Origin: Marsupella aquatica
Lineage: Eukaryota; Plantae; Marchantiophyta
Assembly: GCA_973895155.1 (NCBI GenBank)
Contig: OZ316897.1
Span: forward strand, 1,452,515 to 1,516,514
Direction of reading: 5' to 3'
DNA: 64,000 bases
Below are positions 1-12,742 of this stretch, one piece after another (positions within the stretch are counted from its first letter, which is position 1; the number at the start of each line of letters is the position of its first letter). The notes beneath the pieces were generated by a model. That model searched no databases. It worked only from the letters and a program-made list of their open reading frames with translations, and had not been told where the DNA came from. The translations under genes were made by a program, and so were the position numbers.

Positions 1-3000
1 GACGGAGGACTTGCCGATGTAGCAACCAGGCATGCAGAACCTGCTGAAATTGCTGGAGAGAGAAAAGAGAACAGCAACGGCAACGGCAACAATACAAAAC
101 ACTGCTCCAGAGGTTGGCCTAAACCGGCTTACAAAGGAAAACCCCTTTACTGGAGTCAAGGAGAGAAGGAGGCCGGAACATGAGCCGGGAGTCCGGATGT
201 ATGTAGGAGCCTCTAGTCCCGAAGCCGAGGAGAAGCAGGCCGTAGCTCCCGGCCACGACAAGGAGAACAAGAGATCAACACGGGAGCCGGAGGAGGAACC
301 AAGACCGATGAGAGGTGAAGCCGTGTTCACAACAAAACCAGGAGAACGGCGGGAGAAGCCGGTAGTCCAAACCGAGGAGGAGGTGGTGGACTACAGCAAT
401 GATGACTCCGGCTACGGGTCGGATCATCATGTTCCAGGAGTAAGGACCTGTGGTCGCTTCATCCCCACGCTCCCAAGAGTAGTCCGAGGGGACCCCAACC
501 AGCAGAGTAGCCCCGAGTCTCCCCCACCAGAGATTGCTCCCCCGAGCTTTGACGGCATAAAACAGACGGCACAGGAATTTCAAGAGCGACTTAGGGAGGA
601 TGAGAAAGCGGCCCTAGCTAGGGAGAAGGATTTACCAGGAGGAGATTGGCCGGAGGACATCATGCGGCTTGCCGAAAAAAGAAGCAACCCTCTTGCCACC
701 ATAGAAGAAATACGCAAGACAGCTTGGGAGCAGAGGCCGCGATGGATGATGCCGATGACTTCTACTTCCTCCACCTATGCTAAAGATAGAGCCATGGAGT
801 ACGGGGAGATGTGTGGGGAATTGGCGCTCAGCATCTTTGGGGAGGAGTTGGAGCAGGGACCCTTTTTCCAGAGGGAGATGTTGGACAAACGCCAATTAGA
901 AGAAGCGATGGCCTTGGAAAGAAGCAAGAAGGAGGAGGTCATCCGTCGGCTTAGGGCAAGGGAAGCCAAAATTGAAGATCTGAGGGCGGCCAGGAAAGCC
1001 CAAGATGAGCTGTGGATTAAGCGGCATGAGCTAAATATCATGCAGGGCCAGTTAGATACCGCACAGTCAGATAACCGGATTATCAAGAATAAACTGCCGC
1101 GGACCCAAGGAGAGTTGGCCGATGCGATCAAGGAGCGGGAGAAGTGGAAGCGAGAACTAAGGGATGTAGAGGAGGCCCACATAACAGCCAACAACCGGGC
1201 CATGGTAGAGACCCAGAGAAGGGAAAGGGCGTTGAAGGGGGAGCTCAAGGATATCCGCGGAGCCCTTGAGCAGAAGGAGGCCGAGTTAGGGAAATCCTAT
1301 CAAGGGATTATTGCGTTGCAACAGGAGCTTGCGTCCCTGACGGCCAGCTTCAAGGCCGACCTACGGGAGAAAGACGACCAGCTCGACCAGACTTATGCCA
1401 AGATGAATAAAATGGAGTCTGTGGTCGTAACGGAGCTCGACAAAGAACTAAGAGCAACCCAGGAGGAGAGGGCTACCTTGAAAAAGGAATTGAAGGAAGC
1501 CCACAGGGAGCTGGAGGAATCCCAGAAAGAACTGGAGGAGGCACGCAAGGACCTGGACGAGGTGCAGGAGGAGTTGGAGGAAAGCACACGGAGGCTGGAG
1601 AACTTACAACGACGAGCCAACAACCAAACGGAGCGACTGAAGAAACAAGCCGCATTATTTAAGTGCTTGGCTTCATCAGGCCCAACTCCAATTGGGGCAA
1701 CCAAGCTACCAGGAGTGGTACTGACCAAAGGACAAGCCGCGCCACTTGCACCAGTGCCGGAAGTAAGTGGGAAGGGGAAGGGACCAGCTGCCGAACCAGA
1801 GAAGAAGAAGAAGCGGAAAACTTATGGGTCAAGGAGTAATGCGGCTCCACAGGCCGAGGTGACCAAGGAGGTAAACCCAGCACCGACCCCAGGCAGGGTC
1901 ACGGCAGAGGATCCAACTACCCTAGAAGAAGGGGATGCCGAGGCCTTGGCTCAAGCCGAAGCCGTGGCTGATGCCAAAACCGATGTCGAGGCCAAAGCCG
2001 GGGGTGGACCTAGTCAGGCCGATGAAGAGTTGACTCGGTCAAGGGCAGGTAATCTGTCAGTAGACGGGCCAACGGCAGTGGCTGAGGAGGAAACGCAGGG
2101 GCGTCCACTGAGGAACAGACACCGCTGCCATGACGGTGGTGGGGGGCCGCTCCTTTCAAGGAGGGCGGACATGGAGGGAGGAGGCGTGAGTTGGCAGGGC
2201 GGGCTCAGATCTCTAAGTTTAGGATTAGGATCAGGACCAGGAGGCGGCCCTGACACTTAGCTTAGTGGGATTGCGGTTCCACTGGTAAGAGCAACACTTG
2301 TACCTTGCCTCGCTGTACATAGGTAGATTCAGTTAGGTAGATTAGGCTTACGCTGCAAAGAATTAGGCGGATCCACTACCAGGATAAATACCTGGGCAGC
2401 GGGGAGCTCAGGGCCTCTTCCTTAGCAAGTTTTTAGTTGCACCAGCCGGGCTGGGATCAAGTAGTAAGAGAAGCTCTCGGTTAGTCATACAGTGACCCTT
2501 GTATATATTCATGTTTCCTCATGCCTAAGAACTGAATAGAGTTGGCCTCACGGCTTAGTTCGCAGATCTTGTGTATGAGAAGTACTGTTTGTATGGCAAG
2601 TGCATGATATAACTCAGTGAGAAGGAGTCATTTTGCTATTTGTGTGTCGCATTAACTTGTGTGAAGAGTGCCCACATCAAAGGAAAGTAAGCAAGGGAGT
2701 GAGAGTTGGATGTGTCGAGCTGAGAGAGGTCTTAGCGGCTTAACCAAGCCTATTGGGGATCATTCCGGCGGCGGAATCCAAACATACCTAAACAGAAGGA
2801 GGGGAAGACAAGGGAAGGCCTAGATTAGGCCGGCTATGTATCTCATGACCCGATGAAGGATCTGTCCAGTATATGTGTGTAAAAGGTTAATAGTAGTAGA
2901 GGAAGAAGTTAGCAGCGTCCCATGCCGCTAAGCCGCAAAAATGGCCTCGCCAAGCGCGAAACCTGCGGGAATCGGCTTGTGCTGGGGGATTTCTTGGGTT

Positions 3001-3024
3001 TAGGGAGCCATGGGGCGCACCACA
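1..3024 (+). mobile_element. LTR-like unit A carrying a long ORF (left part outside window)
   Basis: Collinear with 55393-58244. Homology between the two copies stops exactly at ...CACCACA (3024 and 58244), an LTR-type CA terminus. Confidence 0.75.
32..2260 (+). CDS. Coiled-coil protein encoded inside LTR-like unit A
   Basis: 742-aa open frame with a long E/K/R-rich heptad region and a KKKKRK basic patch. A disrupted paralogue lies in unit B. The frame may extend upstream of the window. Confidence 0.7.
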   Translation: MQNLLKLLEREKRTATATATIQNTAPEVGLNRLTKENPFTGVKERRRPEHEPGVRMYVGASSPEAEEKQAVAPGHDKENKRSTREPEEEPRPMRGEAVFTTKPGERREKPVVQTEEEVVDYSNDDSGYGSDHHVPGVRTCGRFIPTLPRVVRGDPNQQSSPESPPPEIAPPSFDGIKQTAQEFQERLREDEKAALAREKDLPGGDWPEDIMRLAEKRSNPLATIEEIRKTAWEQRPRWMMPMTSTSSTYAKDRAMEYGEMCGELALSIFGEELEQGPFFQREMLDKRQLEEAMALERSKKEEVIRRLRAREAKIEDLRAARKAQDELWIKRHELNIMQGQLDTAQSDNRIIKNKLPRTQGELADAIKEREKWKRELRDVEEAHITANNRAMVETQRRERALKGELKDIRGALEQKEAELGKSYQGIIALQQELASLTASFKADLREKDDQLDQTYAKMNKMESVVVTELDKELRATQEERATLKKELKEAHRELEESQKELEEARKDLDEVQEELEESTRRLENLQRRANNQTERLKKQAALFKCLASSGPTPIGATKLPGVVLTKGQAAPLAPVPEVSGKGKGPAAEPEKKKKRKTYGSRSNAAPQAEVTKEVNPAPTPGRVTAEDPTTLEEGDAEALAQAEAVADAKTDVEAKAGGGPSQADEELTRSRAGNLSVDGPTAVAEEETQGRPLRNRHRCHDGGGGPLLSRRADMEGGGVSWQGGLRSLSLGLGSGPGGGPDT

Positions 3025-4471
3025 CATACTTTTCTACCGTGGAGTTGACTATGGTGTGGGACTTTTTTCTACTTTGGAGGCCAACATTCTTAGATTTCAC
3101 CCTAAACTCCTCTTTACTAAAACAAAACCCTAAACATAGTTGGCTGCCTTTATTCAAGTCTCCTCCAACATACCCTCCTCCAACAAACCCTCCTCGACCT
3201 TCTCAACTCCTTTGTGGTTTTCCCCCTAACCCCAATTTTGGGAATACCAGTATATTGGTTAAATTCAAGTTTTCTCTAAATATAATATAGTTTATCATCT
3301 TTAATTAAATTAATCACTTTAACTGATAATGGAGTTTAGAACATCATCAAACTTCACACGAAGAATAAGTAATGATCTAAGTTGAGGGATATTGCTTTGA
3401 CATCCATAGTGGGAAAGAATCATGTGAAACCAACTTATGAACTCGCTTATGAATACAACAACCAAATTGTACAAATAACTTACAGATCTTTTCACATAAA
3501 TATGAATGTAATTAAATGGGGCAATACATATTTACATCAATTTGTGTACTAAGTGACACTTAGAACTAGAAATAATGATTGAAACCTTCCCATGTTAGTG
3601 TGTGTCACGCAAAAAGATTTGTCTTTACGCGGATTTTGGCTTAGGCGGCCATAAGCTCTGTTAGTATTGAGGTTTCGGGCAAGGAGGGATGTGCAGACTT
3701 TCCTTTATTCCCGTAACTTGATGCTAATCACGTCTGATCCTATTCTTACATGCATCATAGGTATACTTTGTGTTTTGCCGCCAGAACGTACCTTAAGTTG
3801 ATAGGTGGATCAACCCTGGCTTAAGGACTTCTAAGCCTTCACCCTATCCGCCTCCGATCCAAATCCAATGATATGGGTATCTAACCCGGGCTCGCAACCA
3901 CTATCCGCAGCCGTCACCCCGTGCACAGCTCGTATAATACATTTGGCCAAGCATTCTCTACCCGTATACAAAATTTATGACTACAGCCGATTTTACAACA
4001 TACAATCTCAGTTTACACGAAGAAAATGATGGGGGGAAAGACTTTACTTCAAAATCCGTCATAGTACACATATACACAGTTGGCTTGACTTCTTCAAAAA
4101 TAAATAGACCCAACAGCAGGAAGGTGCACAATACAACGGAGCTTGGCTCCGCACTCGCCCAACAAGCTTAGTACGTTGTACCCTCCCTCCTTGGTGGCAC
4201 TCTTTTATTTGCTAAGGTTGGCTCTCCCCGCACATCCTGCGGACATCCAATTCTGAACCTAAAATCCCTCTTGCCTCTACCGGGGGATGCACTAAATACT
4301 AATTGAGAGCCGTGGCCTGGAACGGTCACGTGCTTGAATCTAGTCAACCCTAAATTCAACTAAATGTCAGGCCGCAAAGTAGCGTGTCTTATCCTAAGAT
4401 TCTATGCTAAAAGGAGGTTAATCAAGTAGGACAGTGTCGCTAATTAGTTTCTACGCTTGTTCTCAGCGTCT

Positions 4472-4836
4472 GACGGGTATAACCATCGTGACAGCAAACA
4501 GCAAACAACAAATAATTACTCGTAATAGCAAACGGGTGGTAAAAATTTTGGAAGTTTTTTTTGGAAGTTTTTTTTTGGGAATTTTTTTGGGGGAAAAAAT
4601 ATTAAATTTTTTTTGTGAGTCGATATTTTTTGGCTAGCGCCCGGAGCTAGTAATAGTATCGCCTTACACTAGCAAAAAATTGTCATGTTTTAAATTATTT
4701 TGAAAATTGTGACTTTTAATGACACATTTATAGATTGTCTAGTTTTCTCGTAACAGTAAATTTTTTCTCGTAACAAGAAATTTTTTGCTTGTAACAGTAA
4801 ATCTGTTTGCTATTTGCTGTCATGGTGAAAACCCTC
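4472..4836. mobile_element. MITE with ~35-bp imperfect TIRs
   Basis: Left end GACGGGTATAACCATCGTGACAGCAAACAGCAAAC. Reverse complement of right end GAGGGTTTTCACCATGACAGCAAATAGCAAAC. GCGTCT on both flanks (4466-4471, 4837-4842). Absent from homologous unit C. Confidence 0.7.
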
Positions 4837-5948
4837 GCGTCTAATCATCCTATCTAAACCTACTCTATTCTAAACTTGTCGTGCCGCTAATGTCTGGCAC
4901 GTTTTCCAAACCCGCTCAAGCTAGACTTGGAGCGGCCGTCCCGTTGTCTCCTCAGCCGGTCGGCGTCTTGCTTGAGGATCTGGACTTGGTCCAAGAGAGA
5001 CAGTTCGTTCTCTTGCTTCACAGCATCCATCTCCTCCGCTGCCTCCTGGCACGCCTCTTCCAACTGCTGGTCATTGCTAGTCAGCTGCACCACCAATTGG
5101 TTGTGCTTCGTGGCTTCCTGTAGAAGCCGTGCCACTTCCGCTTTCAGGGCATCCACCTTGGCTGCATCCCTCTACACCCAAGTGTTGGCCTCCTCTGTGT
5201 CCTTCTGCCACATGATGGCTTGCCCCTTCAAGCTGTCAATCTAAGCCCGAAGCCGTGAGATTTTGGCGTCCTTTCTGGCTCTCGCTTGTTCAACCAAGGC
5301 TAACTTGGCTTCAGCGTTGGTGACCAGGGCTAGAGGGGTCGCAAGCTAAGACCGAAGAAGTTGCAGCTTGGTGTCTCGGCTGGAGGCTTCATCTAAGAGC
5401 TTGGTTGCCTCAACCCGATACCGCTCAATCTTGGCTGTAGCTTGAGCTTGAGCTCGCCCTACCTTTATTGCCACCACCAGCTCTTGGCTAAAGAAGTGAG
5501 CCACCTTGCGGGCCATGAACTCCCCATGTCCCGACCAACTTGTTGGGAAAAGTCGCCCAACAACCCATTCAGATACGTGCCCAGTGCAAAGAGTTCCGGG
5601 TTCACCAAGCTGTCCCTAGTCGGGTTAGGCCAGGGACAAACCTTGACTCGGGCAAAGGCCGATGTCATTTCTTCCAGCCCCGAGGTGGTAAGAGTAGAGG
5701 GGGAGGGGTTCCTAGAAGGGAAAGGGGGACCCGCTTGTACAGTTGTGGAGGGTACCAAGGTTTCCTCCGGGATCACGGCCTCTAGTTCGGGGCTAGCTTC
5801 AACACGCTTGGCTGTGATTGCACGGGCCTGATTTTGAGCATCCAGGGTTGCAATGAATACCAAGTCTGGCACCGAAGGAGGTGCCTCAATAGTTGTTTGT
5901 GGGATCGGGGCGGTCACCGCAGGCATTGAACTTTGGCTCTTGAGTTGT

Positions 5949-8900
5949 TGTAGCAAGGTGATAAAGAGATAAATGACTATTTACTCCTTAACAACTCGAT
6001 TTCATTCCCGATAGGAGTGGATGAGATCGAAAAGACTTAATTTAACACAGTTTGAGAAGTTTTCACCAACATTCTTAGGTTGGAGAGATTTCTAATGATC
6101 TCCTTAACATAAGTGTTTAACCACAAACTCAAGTGGGTAATCCTTAGGATTCACAATGCAGTAATAAAGACTAGAATTAACGAAGATTGAAACTAGAGGG
6201 AGAGTAGATAGGAGTTTTCAAAGTGCAAGGGAATTGAATTTCTGACCATCACCACTCCTTCAATAAGGATTATGGCCTAATTTAAGATTCAGAAATCAAC
6301 ATTTTCTATGCTTTTTGATTTCTCGTAGCAACTCTTCTCCATCTATTGAATTTAGAAGACAACAATGTAAATCAACCCGGGACACCTTTCTGGTCTTGTT
6401 AAGGACGGTACTCGGATACTCAAATTGGCTTACTTCTCCTACAATCCTTAAGATTGCTTGTTTGAGTTTTGTGCAAATGTCAATTTCCTCTTTGGTGAAT
6501 CTTCCAAATGTATTGATCACAAATCTCATTGATCTTTCAACATCATTAAAGCACACTCTAGCATTCATTGAACACTTAACACAACAACTCAAGGGTTGCT
6601 AAAACTTCTTCCTTTTACTCAACCATAATAAAAAAAGGGAAGAAAAGGCATAGATTTCTCCAAAAATCAAAATGGGGAAATCAAATGTATCTCTCTCCTC
6701 TCGGTTGACTTTGGGTTCTCCTCCTTTTGTACTAAAAGAGGGGATTATGAAAAGACATGCCTTTTCAAAATCCAAGTCTAAAGGAATATGTAAACAAGAG
6801 TAAACTATCCTAGTCAAAAGTGGAGTAGAGTCTCCAATACATACATCAACAAAATATTGGAGTCTACTTACTCATGTGCTAATCTATATAGCTATTTTTA
6901 GGTCTAAGCTAATGTGGCTCTAACTCTCTAAATATAACTCTATTCTGGTCCTAGCTTTTGGGAAGGAACCTCCTCAGGGTTAGCCATAGCAAGGGGTTCT
7001 GGTCGAAGGAAAACTCCCTGCTGGCCAGTGGTAAAAGGGATGGACGGGTCAATATCCATGTTCTCCTGATGGGCACTTGGGTCATGAGAATAAGTGTAAG
7101 AATGAGAATGGAAGTGGGTACTGGGAGTGGGGAAACCAGGAGGGTTGAGGGGTGATGAGGGGCCAGTGGAATAGACTCCTTCATGAGGACTAGGAGAGAA
7201 AGATCTGGTAGTAAAGGGAGGAATCTCAGTATCAGCTAATAGCTCCTCTGTAGTCAAGTCACTCATCTCCCTTAAGGCTTCACAGGTCTTTGAGAGGCCT
7301 GTAAGTGCATCATCCACCTTGGTACTCACATCTACCACTAAATGGTTAATCTTGGAGAAAAGGATGGGTGTGGTGTTCTTGGCCAAATACTCATCATAAA
7401 TTTGGGCCTTAAGAAGATCCAGAGAAGCTATCTTAGTCAAGGGCTCAATCAGATCCAAAGATTGAGTGATACTGAGTTGGAGAGTATGCTCAAGCTCATT
7501 CTTCTTCTTACTCCATTCCAACTGCTGTTTGAGTTCAGATACCTTCTTCTTGAGGAACTCATTCTCCTTTTCCAACTTCCTCTTATCTGTGGCATCACTC
7601 ATGGTGGAGATCTTCTCAAGGATCTGCCCTGGTTTCACTCCTAACTTCTGAGAAATATCAGTAATGGCCTTCTCCATCACAAAGGTCTTCCTCTTCACCT
7701 TCTAGAATGTGTCTGAGATGATCTGGAAGTCAGCTAGAGTGTCTTGGGAGGCATGGCCGGGTGCATCCGGAAATTCAGCTGGGTCAATGAAGGCCGGGTC
7801 GGAAAAGTCCGGGTCGAGGTTCCGGGCAACAGACCGGGTCGTTCGAGGATTTTTCTCTGCTGGTTCCTCATCCTCACTATCATCAGAGGTGGCCTGGGTG
7901 ATATCTGGGTCTGTTTCTCCATACTTTATGAAGTTGAACTTGGCCAATAGTAACTCTTCTCTTCTCTGAACAAGACTCCTTCAAAACTATATAGATGTAC
8001 TAGGTAGCAGGAGAGGGGAGTAGGACTCTTATTGGACAGGTTCTGTACCAACTTCCTTATCAGATCAAAGATAAGCTTAGCCCAGTTGACTTTCCTTTCT
8101 CCTTTGTAAGCAGCAACAATGGTAGAGCCAACTCCAACAGTAACTCTTCTTGGCTTCTCAGGATACAGCAGGGGTAGTAGGAAGCTGAAGACTCATTTCA
8201 AATCAGGATCCAAACACTTAGAAACATTGAACCCGTCCTTGCTGTTGATGGCTCCTTTGAAGTAAGGAAGGATTAGGTTGACGGTTCTCCCCACTGGACC
8301 TTCTCCTTCATCTTCCAATACAAAAGCTCCTGCAACCATCATCTGAGTCCATCGCTCAGGTCGGCCTCTGGAGGTATCCTTAAACTCAGCCGGACACTCC
8401 TTATATCGGATCTCCCTGATCATATCTTCGCTCTGATAACTCCAGGGGAGCTCCATCAGAGACTCACAGCCCATCCTGAGCAAAGACTCTCTCAATTTGA
8501 CCTTATCAGTTTCACTGTTCGGAATAGCTGGCCTCAGAATTTTCATGGCAACGGGGACCTCTTTTCTCTTCGATCATCTGACAGGGGCTTTAACCGGAGT
8601 GGGTGCAGGTGATGTGGAGGTCGAATGCCCTTTAGAAACTCGAGAAGTGGACATTCCGGCTGCATCCATCCCTTGCTCCATAGAGTTGATGAAAGCCAGA
8701 AGATGATTTCTGATAAGTGGGCTAACTCCTTTACGGCAAGCTCTACAATGCTACGACTTCAAAATATTCAATCTCTCCGGTGTCGACCGATGGTAGAAAT
8801 ATCTGGGTCGACCTGGCCGCCCTTCTCACAACCGATGTATCCACGATCAGGATCTCAAACTTCCTACCTTCACCCCCAGCGGTGGAGTAGGCATTCCCCT

Positions 8901-9412
8901 TACAACGAATCAGTCAGTACCCTCATATCCAGGCTCTCATCAAGCAATGCAAGATTGGTCCTATAATCCGGACCCAAGATCCTCTACCAAAAGGGTAGAG
9001 CCTCCTCACTCTACTGCTTAAACAGCCTAATAAACTTGGGAGCTCAAAACCTACTTAGTTCAGCTTTGAGAGGTGTGAGAGGCCGAATCGACTCTCCTTC
9101 CTTATATCCGGATTCTGCTGTGGTCGTGCCTGTGTTTGACTTATGGTTTTAAAAACTTTGGCAATGGACAGCTGTTGTTGAGTAGAGTCTCGGTATAAGC
9201 TTTATATCTCATTCAAGGCTTATAGTAAAAAGTTCCGGGTCGATCCTCCTTCTCTAATATCAATCCGGGTTGATCTCAGATGGGCTTGAAAGACTCATAA
9301 CACGTCAAAGTAGTTTCCAGGTCCTTCTTCAACCTCATTTGAGATCTTAAACTCAAAAATTCTAAAATTTATGGCTAGTTAACCCTTCTTCCATAAACAT
9401 CTTTATCTCACA
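5949..9412 (-). mobile_element. Solo-LTR-like unit E (3464 bp) nested in unit D
   Basis: TGTAGC...CTCACA ends with 5-bp TSD GTTGT (5944-5948, 9413-9417). Removing it restores ...ERRPQLKSQ... in the D ORF. No internal LTR pair, gag or pol seen. Confidence 0.88.
6940..8681 (-). pseudogene. Retrotransposon accessory ORF (ATHILA-ORF1/plant-transposon-protein-like domain plus coiled coil) with in-frame stops
   Basis: ORF pieces 8193-8546, 7702-7947 and 6940-7698 plus intervening sequence. Motifs MGCESLMELPW...RGRP, LYPEKP.RVTV and VNWA resemble the GFEHLTSLPW...LRGR segment of unit C. Confidence 0.6.
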
Positions 9413-11618
9413 GTTGTGGCCGCCTCTCCTGAGCCAGGAAGACCCATCTTGTCGGGGTGAGTTTGGGCTTGTTGCACCTTGGGAGGGTTCGGTCAAAATG
9501 GGCGTACCACTCGATGATGATCTTGATGTGGCTTTTGAGGTATGCCTTCCCTCCAAGGTACAAGGTCTTCCTTCGTCGTTCCAACTCGTCGTGGAACTTC
9601 TTGACAAAGAAAAAAGCCCACTTCCTAGGCCGGTAGTTCTTGACCTGGATCGCCTGGGCGTGCGGGTATCTCGCCCCGCAGCTCCATCATGTGGAGGGCA
9701 TACCTATGAAACTCCAGCCGCTCTGCAATCTTTGGGATGAGGCATGTCCTCATCAAGAAGCCGTTGCCCATCGCACCCTCGGTCGGGAAACTGGAAGAGT
9801 GGTACTTGGCTATCTCATCATCTCAACAGGTACTTGCTTTTGAACGGAAGATTAAGGTTGTTGTTGTAGTGAGAACGCCTGTTCAAACGTATAAGTTGTT
9901 CGTACTGCCTTTTGGCTTTGTACGTGCGCAGATTGTGCCTGGCAAGCGAGGCCACAAGGTGGTTGCCAATGCTTAAGAATTGAAACCAAAAGCGGATGGC
10001 AGAATTAGACATAACCGTGACAGACACATGGCAAGGTGTGCAGGATCACTAAGGGGAAGACGGAGGAGCTGATAGCAAAGTTGGCGCACGGAGTGAACTG
10101 ATGATTAGAGGCAAGGAAGAGGCTCTCGCCTTTTATACCATTGCGGGGCATCGACCAATTGGCTCCTCCTACTCTCATAGGCCAAGTCCCTCATGCCCAA
10201 AGTGTACCGACCACTCCTCAAGTCCGGATCAGGGCGTGTTGGCGGGCCGCCTCCGGATCAATTATACGGATCCGAGGTAGATGGCCATAACGCGCCCCTA
10301 ATCGGGCGGTACATTTGGTGCAACGCCGCCAACCCAAGCGTGAATGCTCATCATTGACTAAACTTGTCCTAAACATCATGACTAGCACGGGTTAAGCCGT
10401 ATTACTCATTACTAGCCGTGCTGGCGGCGTCAGAGTGTGCATCTGATTAGTACGTCGCCAAAGTCCACTCTAGACCCTATTAAAGTAATTAAAATTGTAC
10501 TTTTATTGGGCCCTGCATACATTGGTCTGACCTCGATCATTCCTAGTTTAACCACACCAGCCTCTACTTGTTTGCATCTCTCAAGATTATCTTGTGCTCT
10601 AGCAATAACACTATTCACCGTTATTGTGAGGCACTGGATATTCTTGTTCATCCCGCTCGGGATCCGGCTCCCATTTTTTACTCCAACAATTTTTCCATCT
10701 TTCTTTTTGCCCCACTTCACTCTTGCCCTGGATATGAGGCCGAAACCACTTCACAGAACACATGCTCAAGCTTGTTCTCATCATTCAATTATCCTTCTTC
10801 CACATCGCTCACCACTCGTCCCAAATGAATATGATATTTCTCTATATCATTCATTGCTGGTCTTTGCAAGATAAAATGGCCCTTGACAATATCTAATCTT
10901 GGTTGAAAGGCTTCTCGTGGCCTATTCTTCACAGGTCCAACATAGTCCTCTCTTGCATCCAACTCACATGTAACATTTCAAAAAGTGATAGGCACATTCT
11001 CTCTCCAGTTTGTCTACAGCCAAAATCCACCTTTCAACTTTTCTCCATCTTCTGGCCTATATTGTACAACCTCTTTTTCCAATGTCGCTAAGACAACCGT
11101 CCAATATTGGATGAGATTGTCCCCAAGATTCTCTTAATACCTCCATCTTTCTTCTATCCACGATCAATTGGAAGAACTTTAAATGTTTTTGTATCCCTAC
11201 CCGAACATCAGCCAATACGCTTATTTTCATCATATGAAGTCTTTTTGGTATATCCCACATGAAAGGTTTGGACATCCATCTTCTCCCCAAGACCATATTT
11301 CAATAGTCACCCTATTCATTAAAAGTGTATTTTATTTTGTTCACTTTTAGGCCTCTAAATGTTCACTTTTTGGTCTCTAAATGTACACTTTTTAAATCCA
11401 AAAGGTACACTATGGTACAATACTCTACACCTAAATGATCAATTGAAAACTTGAGGTGACAAAAATGATCTTGACTAGAAGGAGTCTCATCCTAGTTCAT
11501 TTACAAAGGATGAACATGGTGGTACATCTGATGGCCATCATATTTATTTCTTGCCTAATTGTACACTTTTTGAAGGCCAAATGTACACTTTCTATTGCCC
11601 AAATGCTCGCCCAAATGT

Positions 11619-12066
11619 TCATAAATTGAATAATAATTCACTTTTAATGAATATATTGATAATACCTTTCTTTGGCACCCATGGGACACCATCATTGGAC
11701 TTTAGCTTATACTGAAAGCATGGCATACTGTCCTCTTGAACATAGAATCTAAATAGGCAGGGATTTCCATGGCCCACCAATAAGTTTGGGCCTCTTAGTA
11801 GAAAAGGCTCTACGTATCCTTTGAAGTCAGGTACTTCTTGTACAAATTGCAGAACCAGACTTGGCGTTCTTGCTTTCATGAACAAGCTCATGATCAAAAC
11901 AAGAAATGTCCATGTGGGATTGTGCATAAGAGATTCAATCAAAGAAGTTCCCAGACATGGCATCAACAACCTCATGAGTATGCCCACCATAAGGAATCCA
12001 AGCTGAACATCCTCAAAGGCCTTCCTTGTTGTTAACAATGATAAATAAGTCATAACAAATCTGTTC
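11619..12066 (-). pseudogene. Transposase-like fragment (NRFV..YLSLL...FLMVGHTHE.VDA; DUF7869-type)
   Basis: The motif is recovered after correcting a 1-nt deletion near 11983. The fragment is truncated at the CACTA border. Confidence 0.55.
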
Positions 12067-12742
12067 GTGCATCACTAGAAGGAAATTGAGAATTTATCAC
12101 TACCTAATTCACTTGTTTTAGAGGAATAACGGACAATTTACAACTCAATGGTTTGAGTGCACTAAATAATGTCAGTCACTTTAGACAATGGCATCGCAAC
12201 ACCATGGTAAACTGCGAAGCTGAGAGGTTCGCAAGATTCAATATCGCGTGGGCGTCGATATTTGAGAAGGATTTACCATCGCATCATATTTGCGAAAGAT
12301 ACTGGTTCAATTGTTTTGATGGGGATTGTATGACAAAGAGCGATACCGGTGATTTCAGAAGTTTGTGAACGGTTTCGATTAGGAAAGTGCGATCCTAGAA
12401 GTATCACAAAACCCGACATATTTGGATCTGAAGTTCTGAAGTTAATTGACTCAAAAAGTGCGACGCCTTGGGGTTTATATTGTGCGATGGGAATGAGTTC
12501 TTAAAGGGTTTGCAAAATTATGATCACAGAGGATTCAATACATTATTTGCGAGGGGTTTTCCTTGGGACCCAATGTGGAAGGCAAAATTGTTGTTTTATA
12601 AAATGGAAAAGCATGAACAAAATGATAGGGCTTCAAAGAACCCTATACATGGACAAGAGGGGGGAAATATCTGATGCTAGGTCCGCCCTTCTAAACCTAT
12701 GCTGCCTCTTCCTACCCTAAGCTTCGGCATGACAAGTCACTC

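Larger units (their letters stand above)
4887..10027 (-). pseudogene. Degraded ORF of unit D, homologue of the unit C protein, split by unit E
   Basis: Fragments SAIRFW.QFLS (9818-10027), VCP.PNP.R..L..PELF..GT.LNGLLG.FS (5465-5956) and LEEACQEAAEE...GKRARH* (4887-5156) match unit C. About 1 kb is deleted internally. Confidence 0.8.
3603..10434 (-). mobile_element. Solo-LTR-like unit D, interrupted by a MITE and by unit E
   Basis: Ends TGTCACGC...GCGTCAGA (decayed CA). 5-bp TSD GTGTG at 3598-3602 and 10435-10439. Both ends and the ORF are homologous to unit C in reverse orientation. Confidence 0.85.

Noticed and set aside
2800-3030. Units A/B as Penelope-like or retrozyme elements targeting (CA)n
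   Set aside because: No hammerhead core, RT or GIY-YIG found. The CACCACA end and the hairpin shared with TSD-flanked units fit an LTR terminus better.
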